64,000 bases of DNA from Mustelus asterias (taxonomy: Eukaryota): the NCBI RefSeq assembly GCF_964213995.1, contig NC_135805.1:64480001-64544000 (forward strand). Reading direction: 5' to 3'. Below are positions 61,361-64,000 of this stretch, in pieces. A model generated the notes under the pieces. It was given only the letters and a program-made list of their open reading frames with translations, ran no database searches and was not told the DNA's origin. How positions within the stretch are numbered: the stretch's first letter is position 1; each line of letters opens with the position of its first letter. The position numbers and the translations under genes were made by a program.

Positions 61361-64000
61361 CCATTTCCTACATTAAACCAGAAACTACACTTTAACAGGA
61401 CTTCATTACCTCGAAAGCACTTTGAGAGAAAGAGCAACTATTTATTTCGCTCCTCAGGATGTCACAACATGCTCCACAACCAATGAAATAGTTTTGAAGT
61501 GAAGTCATTGCTTTGATATAGTAAACGTAGCAGCCAATTCCTACATTGCCCGAGGTCATGAAAGACACTACATAACTGCAAGTTCTTTTTATCTTTAAAG
61601 GATGCCCTGATCTTCTTTTCCACAATGGAAACCAATCTTCATTGCGCTCCCATAACTTAAGCTCTAACACCAGCTACACAAAGCAGCCAAAATGACAGGA
61701 AGATGACAAACAAAATTACAGATGAGTGAAGAGGGCTCGTTTTTTCACTTTTCAGTAAAACTCCTTCAAGGACTGGGAAATATTGTGTGGTTCACTACAA
61801 TAATGAAACCTTACAACAAGAACCAGTGCAGGTCTCCCACATTTCCCATGGGGGTACAGAAATGTAATTCACTGAAGTACTGAAACAAAAACAAGATTAT
61901 GCTTGTAGTGAAAGCATAAGATTACTTATCTAATGCTTTGTCTGCGGTCAATTGTTTCTATCTTATCCGTAGCAATTTAAATAGGCTTTGATTTGTCTTC
62001 ATGCAATATTTGATTGCAATTCATAGTAAATTTTGGGCAAATTATCTATCGGTGCATTCGCAGCACAGAACCTTCCTCTAGAATTCAGCAGTCCCAGCCT
62101 TGGTTCAGAAAATCATGGGGGACTCGAATGTAATTTTCCAATATCCACTCCTGACAGGTGAGGCTGGGGGGAGCGGGGCAGGTAGGGGTGAATTCAACCT
62201 GAAAATTTGCCATTGTTATATATTATGAAGACAGGTTTGGAGGGCATAAGTAAAGCAAATGGAAATGAAATGCAGGAACTATAAACACAAATCAGATGGT
62301 AAAATAATCCACTGGTTTACTTGCATGTTGAGTCTGGATACAAATAGCTCAAGGAAACGGCAAGGGGAATTGGTCTGGAAACATCCTTAGTTCAAAATTC
62401 ATTTAATAATTGAAGAAATCCAAAAGTGCATGGGGGCAGGCAGAAGGTACAAACCAAGTTGGTGAACATACAGTTTCACTACTGAATTTTGTATATGGTA
62501 AAGAGATTGAATGGGAGAGAAAAAGAAACTCTGAAAATTCTCATTTTTTTAATACGGTATGTTGAAGATGACGGAGAGAAACTCGACATGTCTCCTCACA
62601 CAAGTAACTGTTAGAAATATAATTCACAAGGTTTGTAAAATACAAATATACAAGAGTACAAGAAAAGCTGCATCCTTACAGTATTCTAAGTTAACGTATT
62701 TAATCTTGTACACCGCAAAACATAGCTTCAAAGGAGACTGTGGCAGGATATTACATTTTTTCATTAAAAACATATGACACATTAGTTCAAATTATTTCTC
62801 TGATTTATTTCCAGAAAGAGACTTAAAAGACCTGTGCGCTATTGATGACATCAATACCTGACAAAATACACTCCACTTCACCAGACCGGAATCCACTATT
62901 GCCATTTCTCTAAAACCTGTAGAGCATGTGTTTCAAACAGTTCAATGTGAACACAAAACCTGCTTTAAATTACAGTGTGGAGGTTAGATCACTCGGACAA
63001 ATATGGCAGTGAACCAAACATTCTTTGATAGATTAGAAGTAAATTCTGTCTTTCAGGTGAATTAATGTTTTCACCCAGCCTCTGACTTTTGCACATTTGA
63101 GAGCTATTCCAGTCTCACTCCTCCCTCTGCTATCCAAATCCATTCCAGCACTACTGCAATTCCTCTTTTTTTAAAAACTTCCGTTTCCAGCCAGCCTGAC
63201 ACCAAAGCCTGCTAAACATCAAAAATTGAACCAAAGTTTTGATCATGATAATGGAAAGCCAATGCCATAGGTAAGGCACTTCAACTGATCTCGATCCACA
63301 GTTATGGCATAACATTTGAAGAATTTTGCTCATACAATTGACAACTTGACGGGGTACATTGTCGGTAAATATTTATGTTAAAATTGACCAGATGTGGAAA
63401 ATCATAACATTTTACATCTATATCTCCTGCATTCAATTCTACAAACAAAGCAAATTGTAATTACTAACTACATTTTAATGGGAACCTTTTTGAACCATTT
63501 TACTCATTTAACATTCCAAACTACATACATTACATATAACATTTTGGAATTTTAGCAATCCAATTAATTAGAAAGTAACAACAAACTTCCGTTGATACAG
63601 CACCTTAATAGAGCATTTTAAAGAACTTCAGGTCCAATTAAAAACTTGTGAAGTTTAGTCACTTCTGTTATATTGGTAAAGATTAGAAGCATTAAGTGTG
63701 AAACCATCTGTATTCATTATATCAATAATAAGAATGTGAAGTTATGGTTATACAGACAGACTTAACAACAACTTGCATTTATATGGTGCTTTTTTTAGTA
63801 TCCAGACACAAATGTGGTTGTGTCAATAAATAAAATCATCTCTAACGGATGATCAAGTGAATCTTCTGGGAGGTTTATCAAGTGTGAAATCCCACTTTTT
63901 GCAGTGCAGAAATGGTGTTGTTCTGCTATAGAGTCAGATGTACTCGAATTATGCATGTTCCAAATGAATTAAAGAATGCCAAGCATGAAAAGAGATAGGG

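Noticed and set aside
62858-62916. AG...GT-bounded minus-strand segment as a possible upstream NT5DC1 exon
   Set aside because: The translation does not match the expected FDIVITNALKPGFF peptide. That exon was not found and probably lies beyond position 64000.
1-64000. Nested COL10A1 gene, CRISPR arrays or prokaryotic systems
   Set aside because: No Gly-X-Y ORF and no regularly spaced repeat-spacer array were seen. The sequence is vertebrate intronic DNA.

Overview
Eukaryotic (vertebrate, very probably shark/elasmobranch) genomic DNA. The evidence is dense HE1-type V-SINEs, Deu-domain SINEs, and CR1, Rex/Babar, L2, RTE and Penelope elements. The window lies inside the 3' half of an NT5DC1 (5'-nucleotidase domain-containing 1) gene on the minus strand. 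Three phase-compatible GT-AG coding exons (44716-44834, 23812-23976, 11478-11646) were found by reading the sequence; the ORF track misses their frames. The introns are mostly transposon-derived and include one young 5'-truncated CR1 LINE with an uninterrupted ~960-aa ORF2. Most notable observations: (1) a nested pair of U2-snRNA-headed, hairpin-module, poly(A)-tailed retroposons at ~24.95-25.5 kb, one inserted antisense into the U2 head of the other; (2) a UUUAAAC slippery heptamer at the CR1 ORF1/ORF2 junction; (3) several minimal hammerhead-ribozyme motifs, one in a retrozyme-like non-coding hairpin element; (4) a perfect 67-bp inverted repeat with flip/flop hairpins around a decayed MITE. 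Repeat boundaries are approximate, and family names are from recall, not from database searches.
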